Made by a program: the position numbers and the translations under genes. Below, in pieces: positions 52,469 to 64,000 of a stretch of 64,000 nucleotides of DNA. Where the stretch lies: assembly GCF_009834535.1 (NCBI RefSeq), contig NC_045696.1, forward strand, positions 89,964,001 to 90,028,000, in the 5' to 3' direction. Origin of the DNA: Camelus ferus (taxonomy: Eukaryota). Position 1 is the first letter of the stretch; the number at the start of each line of letters is the position of its first letter. The notes beneath the pieces are model-generated. The model was not told the DNA's origin. It did not search any database and saw nothing but the letters and a program-made list of their open reading frames with translations.

Positions 52469-52634
52469 GGGGTAGGGAATAGCTCAGTGATAGGGTGTGT
52501 GCTTAGCATGCACGAGGTCCTGGGCTCAATCCCCAGTACTTCCATTAAATATAAATAAATAAACCTAATTACCACCCCTGGAAAAAATATTAAATAAAAG
52601 TTTGAATGTAGATGATCATTAAAAAAAAAAAAAA
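52469..52634 (+). mobile_element. tRNA-Ala-derived SINE (camelid Vic-1-like)
   Basis: Head with A-box TAGCTCAGTGA, anticodon arm GCTTAGCATGC and B-box GGCTCAATCCC. Tail AATAAATAAACCTAATTACC and A14. Degenerate TSD CAGGATTGGT/CAGGGTTGGT. Confidence 0.85.
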
Positions 52635-55214
52635 TCAGGGTTGGTTGTTGGTCTCAGAGCCAGCATGGACACCCTCCAGCTATTCCCTGCAACCATCTGC
52701 AATCATCCTCCTTTCTGAAGCCATGCATAGTCCCAGAATGAAAAAATAAAAGGCCAGTTCTCTGCCTCCACCCAAGGATTTTACTGCCAGTATCTACTCA
52801 TCTTCCTCACCCTTCCTGTCCATGCTTTCACATCAGAAGTAGTTTTAGCTACAGACAAAATACACCGATTCCGTGGATACAAGTGAGCTGCCTGAGCTGT
52901 AAGACCCATGAGAGTAGGGAATCACGTCTGTTTGGTTTCCTGTTGTAACGCCAAGAATGGTAGAAACTCAATTAGTATTGACTTATGAATTGGTTAATTC
53001 AAAAATTCTGCCTGGAAATACCATCTTTCATCTTCTAAACAATTCATGACACCTGAAATCCTCACCTTATTTGTTTTTTTAAAGTATGGAATTATATTCC
53101 ACAATTGAGATTCAAATGTTCCCTATAAAGGACACTTTAAGCTAAGAAGACCCAATGGGAACTTTAACTCAGTTTATTTTAATGTATCAATTAATCAAGC
53201 ACTTAGCAGAGCCCACTGAAAAAGAGAAGCAAATCAGAGAAATTATAAATTACAATTTTGTGGCAAGAGCCCTAAGCTGAAAGTAGGAAGTTCTGGGTTC
53301 CAATTTCAGCTCCAAGTTGGTGGTTTTCATTATTGGAAATGTAAATAAAGGATTTGGCCTTCTCTTGTCGACCTGGTTGCTGTGGGAAGCAAACGAGATG
53401 AAGAATGTGAAAACTCCTTTTATAAAGAGCTATGGAAATATGAGAATCCCTTACAAGCTGAATCCAGTGGATTCATATGTTTTGATGGTAAGAGATACCT
53501 GTGCTAGGATTTTAGGTAACTATGTCAGTTAAGGACATTCGAGAAGGGGACACGGCAGAGGAAATAAACAGGGGTCAAAGACAAACTCTGTCACTTCCCA
53601 GGATTTTACTGCCAGTATCTACATCATCATTTGATCAAAGGCAGCGAGACCACCAGCCAGACTAGAAAATGCCCAGGTCGCCTCCTATGGAATTTAATTA
53701 TATGGCATGGCTGGGGGTAAGTTTCCATCACCCCTAGCATGTCCACATGTATTAGACACATGTCCCTTTGCACTCAGATCTGTCCCAGCCTGCCAGGGGT
53801 CACTCCCAGTGACCTCTAGGAAGGCATGCCAGGGGAGCACAACTCAGATACCAAAATATTCTTCTATCTTTCCTCCAGGAAGAATTCTGATCCTCTGTGG
53901 GTCTTGAAATCAACTAGACTGGTTAGATGGGGCCATTCAACTCTCCCTTTGCACACAAAATACACCTGCAACCCTATGAAATCATCCTCCAGCCTTCACA
54001 TAGAAGCAGGTCAGATAAATATATATAAATGTCCCCAATGATGTCTTTGTACTTGGTGTGGGGAAGGGCAGTATTTCCAAATCCCTGAAATAATTCTCTT
54101 ATACCAGATCACTTGACTTATTTTGGGAAGTAAGGGAGCTAGTGGTAAAGTTTAGTTACAATCCAGTGCCCACAAATAACCCACTTTTCCAAAGCACCCA
54201 AGACCTGTGCTAACATAATTTTAACTCAAAGGACATCAAAAACAAATTATGAGAATCCTCATGTCGATGGATGTCAGAGTGGCAAAGCCACAATTGAAAG
54301 TGGAGCAGGAATTCCAACTGTATTTGCTATGTTCCACAGTTAGCTTGACCCAGATCTAAAACTGCATCTTTGAAGACTGTGGCATTGTGGATGAAAGTTA
54401 CAAGAGTAGGAACAAAGAGGGATGATGTAATCTTTGTAAGTTGTATGAGTTCATTTAAAGTTGGATTGAGAGTTATCTAATTTTTCACATGCTGCAGACA
54501 TTTAAAAGAAAGGTTTGTTTGGACTTTTTTTAACACTGAAAATGGTTGCTTAGCAACTGCATCCTGCATGCATGATGCTGTTATGATTTCCACCTGCTGG
54601 AAAAAAACATCAATAAAATTATTTCTTTGCAAATCAGAAAAGTGGGAAAATGAGCCAGTAACTCAAATGAATGCACAATACATTTTCAAGATTCCAAAGA
54701 CTTCCAAAGACATATATGCATTTCCTTTTTAAAAAATGTATTTTACAAAATGTACCTTAATAAAATTTAACAATAGCCCAGGCTTACCAAAATAAGGCTT
54801 GTTTCAGTATAGTTTCTGTTGTAACTGAACATACAGAAACAGCTTTAGATTCAGACAGAATATGCAGTTGCATATAATCTGATGTGATATAATCTGAAGG
54901 TTAACCCCAAAAAACTTACATCCTCCAAACTTCCCACTGTCACGCAGTACCTGAAGTTATCACCCTTGGAGGCAGTCTCTGAGCTGAGAATTTGTATTCA
55001 GAAGAGTCTGTTAGCATGGTGTGTCATCTGGGAGGGCCACCACTTTAATACCTTGTGATATGTGCTATTGTCACACTGTGTATTTGGGCTTGCACATATA
55101 ACGTCCAGGAGATTTATTTATCTCATAAGGCAATTGAGCTTAATGGTATGCTGCCCTAGTGATGCTTAAATCATACTGAAGTTTTCCAAATAGTATATAT
55201 GACAAAGGCTTCTA

Positions 55215-55595
55215 ACTGCATGCCTACGTCCATTTTCTCCTTCTTCCATAACTATAAAACCTCCAATTTTTAGTTTGGTACATTTCTCAGTCTCCCTTGT
55301 CTCGATGTGACCTTGTGCCTAATTTTGCCCAATCAGATGTAAGCACAAGTTATTGTGTGGCAATACACTTCCTTTAAAACACTACTGCAAGACACTTTTT
55401 GCTCTCTTCTCTTTTTCCATCCAACTTCCTGGAATAAAGATGTTATTGCTGGAGCTCCGACAGCCACATTAGACCATGAGGTACACCTTCCAAAACCTCT
55501 CAGGAATGACTAGAGGATAATAAGACTCTCTTGTATTTAATGCACTATTATTCTGGGTTTCAGTTTCATGTAGCTGAGCCTAAGGCTAATTGCAG
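55215..55595 (+). mobile_element. Old MLT1 (J-like) LTR
   Basis: CCCAATCAGATGTAAGCA...GCTGGAGCTCCGACAGCCACATTAGACCATGAGG. Confidence 0.65.
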
Positions 55596-55828
55596 TAGGC
55601 TTACACAATAAGGCAAAGCTTGACTGAGACAGTGTTACTTTATTTTTCCCTTATACTTTTAAAAACAATAATAGGAAGCAATATACCTGAACTTCAGTAG
55701 CAAGGAAGATACCGCCACGCCTTACTTTATGAACACCTGATCTATATATACCCAGGACTATAAAAGGCAGGTCAGTAGGGAAGCAAAAAGTCTAACCTGA
55801 GACCTAGGTTCCTTTCTTATGGTAGGGG

Positions 55829-55852
55829 AAAAAAAAAAAAAAAAAAAAAAAA
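55829..55852. repeat. Poly(A) tract (A24)
   Basis: Directly visible. Confidence 0.9.
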
Positions 55853-56239
55853 GCTAGTGGTGATCATGGCTCTGGCAGAGAAACCAGAAACAAGCTTTTG
55901 CTACGACTCAGTCACTTTGGGATTTTATGGCCCCTCACATAAAGTAAGTTTCAAAGAGGTTACCTCTTGGGTGAATTTAACTTGCCAATTAATTTATTGA
56001 CAAACATAGTTTAATCACATGTTGAATTCATTTCCAGATTTTTTTCCTAAATCACTTGAATAATTATCATAGACCTAGAACCTTCTGGGCCCAAGAATTA
56101 AGTACTCCCAGAAATGCACTCAGATTGCCTTTCAACCTTTCGTAAGTTCAGACAGTTAATCACTATGAAGTCTTGGTTAGAGAAAATGCCCTCTTCCTGG
56201 TACACATACTCGGAGCGCAGATCCCAATCATGCTCATAC

Positions 56240-56490
56240 CGCAAGCACAGTGTATGGCGGCAGTGTTCAGGGCGTGGGGCCTGGAGCCACACCACCCAAC
56301 CTCAACGTGACTCCACCATGGTGTGGTATCTGGGGCAAGTTATAAGCACTCCATACCTTGGTTTCCTCTCCAAGGGAAAATGAGGGTGGTAACCACACCT
56401 ACTTCATAGAATTGTCATAAGAGTCAATTGAGATGACACGTTAAAAACGTAGAGAATGGTGTCAGGCATGCGCACAGCCATCATGAACAC
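56240..56490 (+). mobile_element. MIR SINE
   Basis: GGGCAAGTTATAAGCACTCC...GGTTTCCTC...CCTACTTCATAGAATTGTC. Confidence 0.7.
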
Positions 56491-56689
56491 CTCCTCCATT
56501 CAGTGTAAGGAGCAATGTGGGAAGGTCGGGGCAAGAACAGGTGAAGGTGTGGGTGGTGGTGGTGGGCTGGGCCAGCATCTCTCGCAATAATTTGTTCTGG
56601 TCCTAAATTTGGCTAAACTTAGGTCCACAAGAAAGAAAGGTGGAAAATGAAGGACAGTTAGTAAGGCAAGAAACTGAATCACTCTTCAG

Positions 56690-57750
56690 AGCTTAATATC
56701 TCTGAGCCATGGATCTCATGGTAGGTAGTCCACTGAAGACCATGGTCTCCTTCTCAGAACAGTGTTCATATATATAGAAAATAAAGTACATAGGGTTACA
56801 TAGGAATCTGATTACTGAAATATAGTAATTAAAATGTTTTTAAGCGTAACTGTGATTATGTAGTACCTGTGCTTTCTTATTAACACATTAAATAAATAGC
56901 TAGCTGTACCGAGTATATTCACTTTCTGTATTTTTGATGCTGTGGCATTTGGAGCCTTGACCCTGGAGGGCCTGCCCCTCCCAGGGCTAGCTAATTCCTA
57001 GAGATAGCAAATTATTCCCCTGTAGGCACATCTCTGATACACAAACCAACCAATCCAGAGCTCACACCCCAACCATCTGCTTTAACAAATTCTCACATAC
57101 CGAGCCAATATTCCCCTTATCCAAAATCACCCCAGGGCCAGGTACAGGTTAACTAGGAACCACCTGCATAGCCCAGAGCCTGCTGAAATTACTCAAACTA
57201 TCAAATACCAGACTTACTCAGCATACCTACCCCATCTCATTTATTCCTTCCCTTGAAAATCCCAATGAAGGCTCTGAGCCCCACTCTTCCCTCTCTTGCT
57301 TCTGCCACCTAATCGATCCAGGACTGTCTCCACATGGCCCTGCATGGTGTGGTATGCCTTCTATTTCTAGAGATCTGGGTATAAACTTCTTCCTTTATGA
57401 ATACTTCCACATCTGTATGTCTCATCACACCTAATTAAGATAAACCCTGGCTACACATTTTAGAACACGAGCAGAGGATCAATAAATTCACTATTTCAAC
57501 ATAATAATAAGTATCAATGACATTTGGGAATATTTACAATGGTTATAATGTGATATGGTCGTATCTGTGACTTATTCAGTGACAAAGTCACAGGTCCTGC
57601 CAATTCTACTGTAGCTCTGCCTATATTCATCATTAAAGAAAATGTTTCATTTCAGACAGAGGTTAGTCAAAAAAAAATGTGATTTTTCTCATCCACATTC
57701 ACAGGTCCCTGAATTCTGTGACCTGTGGATCCTACGGCAAGAACCTCTGT
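56690..57750. mobile_element. hAT DNA transposon (MER119-like) interrupted by an LTR
   Basis: CTCCTTCTCAGAACAGTG...AAAATAAAGTACATAGGGTTACA at the left; ends CAAGAACCTCTG. Confidence 0.6.
56905..57467 (+). mobile_element. ERVL solo LTR, MER74-like
   Basis: TG...CA ends with TSD CTAGC/CGAGC; hallmark CTGCCCCTCCCAGGGCTAGCTAATTCCTAGAGATAGCAAA. Confidence 0.8.
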
Positions 57751-58215
57751 AAACAGATATAACTTGTTCTGCACTGATTTTGAGGCCAGCATCTTTCCAA
57801 ACCTCAGGTCACATTAGGGTGTCAAGACTTCCTGACCCCTCCCTTCTAGACAAGCACCAGGGAAGGAGGGCTGCTGACACCACTAAGAAGTTTCACAACC
57901 CTGAACAAAAAGACTTCCTGTGAGTACCTGTTCAGAATCAGAAGGACACACAGGAACCTAAGAACAGCGGTTATCTGTATGTGGGGCCATGGGACTCACG
58001 TGGCGGCAGACCACGGTGAGAGGGGAATTCTTCCCTTTTACATTTATACGTGCTTCTATCTATACTGAGAGACATATACTCAAGCTAAAACCATATGAAT
58101 ATAACACCTATTCAAAGAACCTTTAAATGAATGTCCCCATGGTTTGACCTCACACCTGCTAATAGGCTCGAATGAGTTCATTGCTCACACTGTATAAAGA
58201 TAAATGTTCACTCAC

Positions 58216-58271
58216 AAGACAACATCGCCTGAGGCTTCCTCCGAGCAGACATTATTTAATGTTTGTTTTCA
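58216..58271 (-). other. Candidate 56-nt exon of an unidentified minus-strand transcript
   Basis: In non-repeat sequence. Acceptor TCTTTTTCTTCTTCAG and donor GTGAGT; contains an ATG (58252) reading MSARRKPQAMLS. Confidence 0.3.
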
Positions 58272-60007
58272 CTGAAGAAGAAAAAGACAATCACCAGAAA
58301 TAAGCACAGGCAGGACAGAGGCAAGAGATATAAACCTTATATTCTTGAATTTTCAAGGGAGTCACTTAACAAACACATTTATTTTGAGAAGACTACCACA
58401 ATTTGTAAAACGACCCTGGTCGGTTGACCCTACCACAGTTGATTGTAATGACCTGTGAGGGGATTGTCCACAGAGCAAATGCTGTGTGATAAATTCCACA
58501 TCCTGAGCCAGCTTCCCTGGACAACAATCCTTGCCCCTTCATTTCTTATCCTCAGTCTCCTCCCCTTCTCTCCAAAGGTCCAACCATTGCATGCTCAAGG
58601 AATGCAAATTAAGTTTAACATTAGACTAAGTAAAACACAATCAGAAAAGTTAATCTGCCACTGAAATGATCAGGCCTCACAGTACAAAACCAAATATAGC
58701 TGACTGCTAGATTATCAGCTGCTTTGAAATGCCAAGTCCACTGGTAAAAATAGTCAAGTGTAGGTTGTAAAGACTTAAAGAGAATGGAGAACAGCCATTG
58801 GCTGGCCTCCTTCTGGTAGCAGGGTGGGGAGGTGAGTCTTTGTGTGCTGCTAGTCTCTCTGAATGGGCTTATACTTTCTAAATGTCTTTTCATTGACTGT
58901 GGCAATGGTTTTCACACTTTTATTTTAGTGTTAGAACTCTTCACTGCCTTGTAAGCCCAGCCCAGGGCCTCTATCAATGCCCACTTCCTTCAGGAAGTCT
59001 TCACACCTCCGCAGCACTCACTTGAACTGGCCATTTTATTCATCTCTTATAAACCTATTCAATCTTCCCAATAAAATTAGAAGCTCCTCCAGAATAGAAT
59101 CCGGCTTTGGCTTAGATTTCTCTCATCTCCAAGATCTAGCGCATAGCAGGGCTTAAGAAATACTTGATGAAAACAGATAGGGAATTAGATAAAATCCAAG
59201 GCTGTTGAAATGCATCAAGAGTGCTAAACGTGTGTATATACTTAGAAGTGAGACAGCACGTGTTCAGTGTCTCCAGCATTCCTTTCAGGTATATTATGGC
59301 TACAGTTCAATTTTCAAAATAGGTTGGGTAATTTTAACACTAGCCAAAAAAGCCAAATTTCACCATCTCAGAGATGAACTACAATTACTTAGTAAATAAA
59401 TGTTCACTGAGTGCCAGTCTGGTGCCTGTCTATTGATAGTTTGGTTAAATGAGTAATAGATGACTCTATAAGGCTAGAAGTTAGTGATTATTTTATTTTG
59501 CCTAAAATATCAGCTGTTTTCTAGAATTTCAAATGATTTGTATATTTTTAAAGGCTTATGTCATTCAGTCTCTCCAATGATCCTTAAAAAGGGCAAATTA
59601 AAATTGACATTTTAAAATTAGGCCTAATTCAGTATTTATTTTTTCATATCAAAAGTTGAGATAAAAACTATCTTGTTTAAAAATGTCCTGTATCCAAATC
59701 TTTTTTTCTGTAATACCATGAAAGACTACATGAAAACAGGGTTACGATCTCAGAGGCAGTACATGTAGTCTTCTGTAAAGTTCCTGGGGTTGTACAGGTG
59801 GGATCTATGTTACCTAAGTGTCTGGCAGGAAGAAATGACAGATTGGTTGCTGTTCTTCATTGAAGACCAGCCAGCAACACTAGCTAGCTAGGACCACTAC
59901 AGAAACTGCCCTCTCGTACTCCTTACAGGGAATTTCTCCTTCATTTCTTACCGAGATCTCGGTCTCATTGACCTGGAGGAAGAAGTGTGGAAATGGAGAG
60001 AGGGTTT

Positions 60008-60330
60008 GTAATGCTTGGGGTTCTTGGTTGCAAGCAACAGGATTCATTATGGCTGATTCATTAAGAAAAGGAATTTATTAAGAAATATTTGGAGACATAC
60101 AGAATTTGGGGAGGGAGGAGATGTAAAAGTAGGCTCAAACTAAACTTTCTGGAATTACATCACAGAACTGATCTGAGCAACTGACACCACAGCCAATCCT
60201 AGAACCATACACAATGCAAAACAGATGCCCCATATCCAGTCTCATGTCCTTTATTTACAGGAGCATCTGACTGGTAGATCCCAGGTGGCAAGAGAAATGG
60301 AAACTTTAGACACAGAAATTTTAAAGATCT
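60008..60330 (-). mobile_element. Old MLT1 LTR fragment
   Basis: GGGTTCTTGGTTGCAAGCAACAG...AAAAGGAATTTATTAAG. Confidence 0.6.
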
Positions 60331-61769
60331 TGTGTGGTCATAAAGGACAGATGTCCACTATAACTGCTCATTTTCATAAAAGCCAGCATTCTCCTTTCAC
60401 ACTTATTTTTCATTAGTTGATGAAATAGTTAACTAAATTACATAATTACAAAAATAAATACAACTAGAATACAATGAGCATTGGTCCCTGCCATATCTCT
60501 AATACTTAAAACAATATCTAGCACAGAGCAGATGATCTAGAAATACATGCTGAATAAAAGAATAAACTGGAATAAACAGATACAGTAATCAGCACTCTTG
60601 AAAGCAAACAACTCAATTGGTTGTAGCAGACAGTCATAGGTATAGTAATTCTGAACATTCACTGTGCTGTGTGCATCTATCAGAATATTTTATAGAGGGA
60701 GTGGAGAGTTTCAGTTATTGGGGAGTTGTTAAAAGGAAAGCTGGTTAAGAGATCATCCACAGAAAATTTTCTTAATCTACTATTAAAAGGGCACCGTAAG
60801 ATTTTGGTACAGGATGCATTTAGGATACATGGTAAGATTTTGATTTTGTTTCTCCCTGAAAGTTTTATCTAATTCTATATACTTTTCATAACTCCATCAA
60901 AATATTATTGTATCTAACATACACAACAGTCCTGTGATAAAGCAACAGACATCCTATTTTACATCTGACTAAACCATGTGGCTCATTGCCTGCAATATTT
61001 ATGTAACTAAAAACTGGCAGAGCCAACTAGCTCCCAGACCCATGCATTCCGTGGTTGGTATTCTTTCTACCTCACTGTCTAGTAGATTACCCAAACTCAG
61101 CTTTTAAATTATCTACCTTGAAGCCTTTATTCACTTTTTTGCTTCATTCACTGATCCATCTAATATTTCCTAAGCACCTGTCTTGTGCCCAGAACTGTGC
61201 CAGCCCTAGGGATACAGAACTAAAAAAGAAGTCCACATTCCCAAACTAGGGGGTGGAGGAAGGGGGATGTGCCAAATATTCTCTAAAAAATTAAAAATTA
61301 AAAAATTATTTTGAATGTTTGGAGACAGAACATGTTCTAAAATATACTCTATACTTCTCTGACACTTAAACATGAATATAACCTTTTCATAATGACTCAA
61401 GGTTATTAATCTGACTTCCTATTATAGGATACAACATAATTCCTTCAGCTGTAAGGTATGGATTACACTTGCCTTTGCACAGAACAACGCTGACAACTCT
61501 CCAGAGGTCGGTGTCCTGTGGCGTACTGCCTCATCTCACCTCTTTGCAGTAGACCCTTTTCTACTTAGGAGGAGAAAAATAAATCTTACAGAAACTTCCA
61601 AGCAAATTATTAATTCACTTTATCCACTGGTGCATTTATCAGACTATGGTGTCATTATTTGTCCCCATTTCTACCTTCCTTAGTAGAATGTAAACTGGGG
61701 ATGCGGACAAAGATTGTGTCTAATTTTTCTGTGCACTCCTCCCCTCAAGCTTAACACAGCAACCTGGAC

Positions 61770-61930
61770 CGCAGTAAGTACGCAATAACTGTATGTAGAA
61801 TTAGTTCTCACGTGACACTGAAAAGCAGTCTTTCGTCCCATGTTACAGGTGAGGAAATCAAGGTCTGAAGAGGAAAAATCACACAATGAATGGCTGAGCT
61901 AGTATTTAACCCCAGGTTTTCAGTCTGCCT
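61770..61930 (-). mobile_element. MIR SINE
   Basis: CCCATGTTACAGGTGAGGAAATCAAGGTCTG...TATTTAACCCCAGG. Confidence 0.7.
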
Positions 61931-63390
61931 TTAATTACCCGTGGTCTCCCCTAGTCCAGACACATGGTAACTGGTTTTAGAGGGACCTGAAGAGTCCCCT
62001 ACAGCCTCCCTTACAACCCAGCAGGATGCCAAGAGAACCCGACTGTGGAGGTTGGGCTCTTCAGAAAAGGGAGACCAGGGCCTCAGGGAGCCAGAATTAG
62101 CAGCCTTTTTCAGCTCAGCACTTACTTCCCAGCACAACAAAATCCCCCCTACAGCCACTTTGCCCTGATTTCACAGACATCGTGACTGCACAATGTCTAG
62201 GAATAGGTCTTCACATCCTCTTCTGCCAGCAGGGCCAGTTGGTGGCCATCTCCCTAAACAGACAGTGGGTCCTGGAGGCAGGAATCATTTTTGCCTTCCC
62301 AACCCCCTTATGCACCAGAGGACTTTGAACCCTTCAGAGTTCACCAAGGTGAGCTCAGATTGCAAACTTAGAAATGGTGCATCCGTGGCTGGGAGGGGTG
62401 GCGGGAGACAGCCTCAGGTCACAGAATTTGAATCTGAGATTTGGAAGGAGTCCCTCTGTTTTTTGGGGTTTTTGTTAAGTGACTTGATGGGAGTTTGCTC
62501 AGGGCTGTGGCCCCAGGAGAGGCAGCTCCACAGAGGACAGACTGGGGATACAGGAATCAGATAAAAGAGCAGCCAGCACAGCAGGTGGAAGGTGGGGAAA
62601 CAAAGACAGGCTGGCCGCCCTGGGGGGATGAGCTCTGAGAGAAAACGACTGGGTGGCTGCAGCAATTCTAAGGACAGAGCCCAGCCAGTCAGACCCAATT
62701 AGAAGGCACAGGCCCAGTAGGCTGGATCTAGGACCTGTGGCCCAAAGCACAGGGCAGGCGGCATTTAGGGAGGGCACAGAGGATGTGAGTGGGCTCCCCA
62801 CACCACCAGGCTAAGATCACTGTTTCCAGTAAAGGGGTCCCTGCCCATTGCTTTGGTGGAAGACAGGTTGTGTTCCTTACAAAGAGCAGGGCTCTGGGGG
62901 TATCTGCCATCCAATTCCAGTGTGTTTGAAGTGGAAGGTAGAAAGCAGCACAGGGACTAAAACCCTGGCACCAATTCCATGTCCACCCCACCACAGAGCT
63001 CCCCCAGCACTTTCCCACCTCACTCGGCCTGACAGAGCCGGCACACTGGAGAGTGCGGGTGGGACTGGCTGCAGCATTCCTCTAAAAGTAGAAATAAGAA
63101 AGCACCAGGGTAGTCTCTGGGACACTGGACGTGACTCTCTCCGAACCATGAGAACCGGGGACAGAGGAAAGAGGGGAAGGTGCTTTGAGAATGGACAGAG
63201 TGTGCCCATGAGGCAGGTCAGAAATCAAAACTGCAGGTGCATCTGCCTGATAGAATCACCCCGTTGTTCCACACTCACTGCTTCCACACGTGTTCACTGC
63301 AGAGTTACTGTGTCCTGGGCATTGTGCAGGATACAGAGGATGCAGAGGCAAGAAGCAGTTTCTTACTCTCAATGCACAGAAGCACAGCAC

Positions 63391-63396
<6 letters not shown>

Positions 63397-63426
<30 letters not shown>
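63397..63426. repeat. (TG)15 microsatellite
   Basis: Directly visible. Confidence 0.95.
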
Positions 63427-63429
<3 letters not shown>

Positions 63430-63440
63430 GGCAGGGGCAA

Positions 63441-63830
63441 TGCAACATATGCTCTGGTGCCCACATATAGCTCCTTGGCTCTCACGCTCCAGGATATGCT
63501 ATGTGTCCTACTGAACACACCTGCAATCCCCTACCAGTCTTCTTCCCATGACCTGCACAGGCCAGAACTGGCAGGGGTTCAGTGCCTCCATGAGTGGCCC
63601 TCAGCCAGTGATGGATGGGAACTGGAGGATGTACTTCAACCTGCTTCTCCCCATGTGGCTCCGAGTTCCCCAGCAGGCCCATGGGAAACTGCTGATAACA
63701 CACCTCGCACTGGCTTCCTTCACTTCCCTCTCTCTCCCACTTGCCTACCAGTCCTTCTTGGAATCACTTCCCAAAAGGCTACTTGCACTCAAATCCCTGG
63801 CTTAGGGTTTGCTCATGGGGAACCTCTCCA
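63441..63830 (+). mobile_element. ERVL LTR16/LTR33-like solo LTR
   Basis: 3' hallmark GGAATCACTTCCCAAAAGGCTACTTGCACTCAAATCCCTGGCTTAGGGTTTGCT...GGGGAAC. Confidence 0.65.
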
Positions 63831-64000
63831 CCCCAGGCAATCATCAACCAGTTCTGGGGAAGAGGAGATGAGCTCTAACCTAAGTCTAAAGGAGCAGGAA
63901 GGAGGTTACCACAGGGAGAATGGGGTGTCAGGGGTGGGGTAGGCTGGCATCCTAAGCAAATGTGATGAGTGTGAAAAAAAAGAGGCCAAGAATCTTCCTG

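Noticed and set aside
52469..52545. tRNA-Ala gene
   Set aside because: Mutated boxes and stems, followed by a SINE tail and poly(A).
54200..54520. Possible minus-strand coding exon after a TGTCTGCAG acceptor
   Set aside because: Early stops in all three frames.
261..54900. Tiny tandem duplications (GGTATTTGTTAC x2 near 261, TTGTAGGTAAAT x2 near 44595, ATATAATCTGA x2 near 54872)
   Set aside because: Ordinary slippage events; no array or CRISPR-like structure.
62848..63942. 193-aa and 161-aa plus-strand ORFs
   Set aside because: No recognisable homology; they run through a (TG)n repeat and an LTR.

Overview
Mammalian, repeat-rich non-coding DNA (intronic or intergenic). It is most likely camelid, because it has a tRNA-Ala-derived Vic-1-type SINE and no Alu, BovB/CHR, PRE-1 or CAN SINEs. 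The main feature is a young, full-length LINE-1 on + (11903-18996) with a perfect 14-bp TSD, nested in an older L1 3'-UTR fragment. It keeps a CpG-rich 5'UTR with a YY1 site. It is probably inactive: there is one frameshift in each ORF and the endonuclease D205-equivalent is Ser. Its 405-bp inter-ORF spacer holds a 75-codon ORF in strong Kozak context, behind a splice-acceptor-like tract, whose stop overlaps the ORF2 start. A long antisense ORF also crosses the 5'UTR. The rest is a mosaic of solo LTRs (several nested, with TSDs), a two-LTR ERVL remnant with integrase fossils, MaLR, hAT MITEs, MIR, L2, old L1 and microsatellites. I could not identify a host protein-coding gene, only a few weak minus-strand exon candidates. 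There is no CRISPR, rRNA or true tRNA. Repeat family names come from recalled consensus sequences, not from a search, and boundaries without a TSD are approximate.
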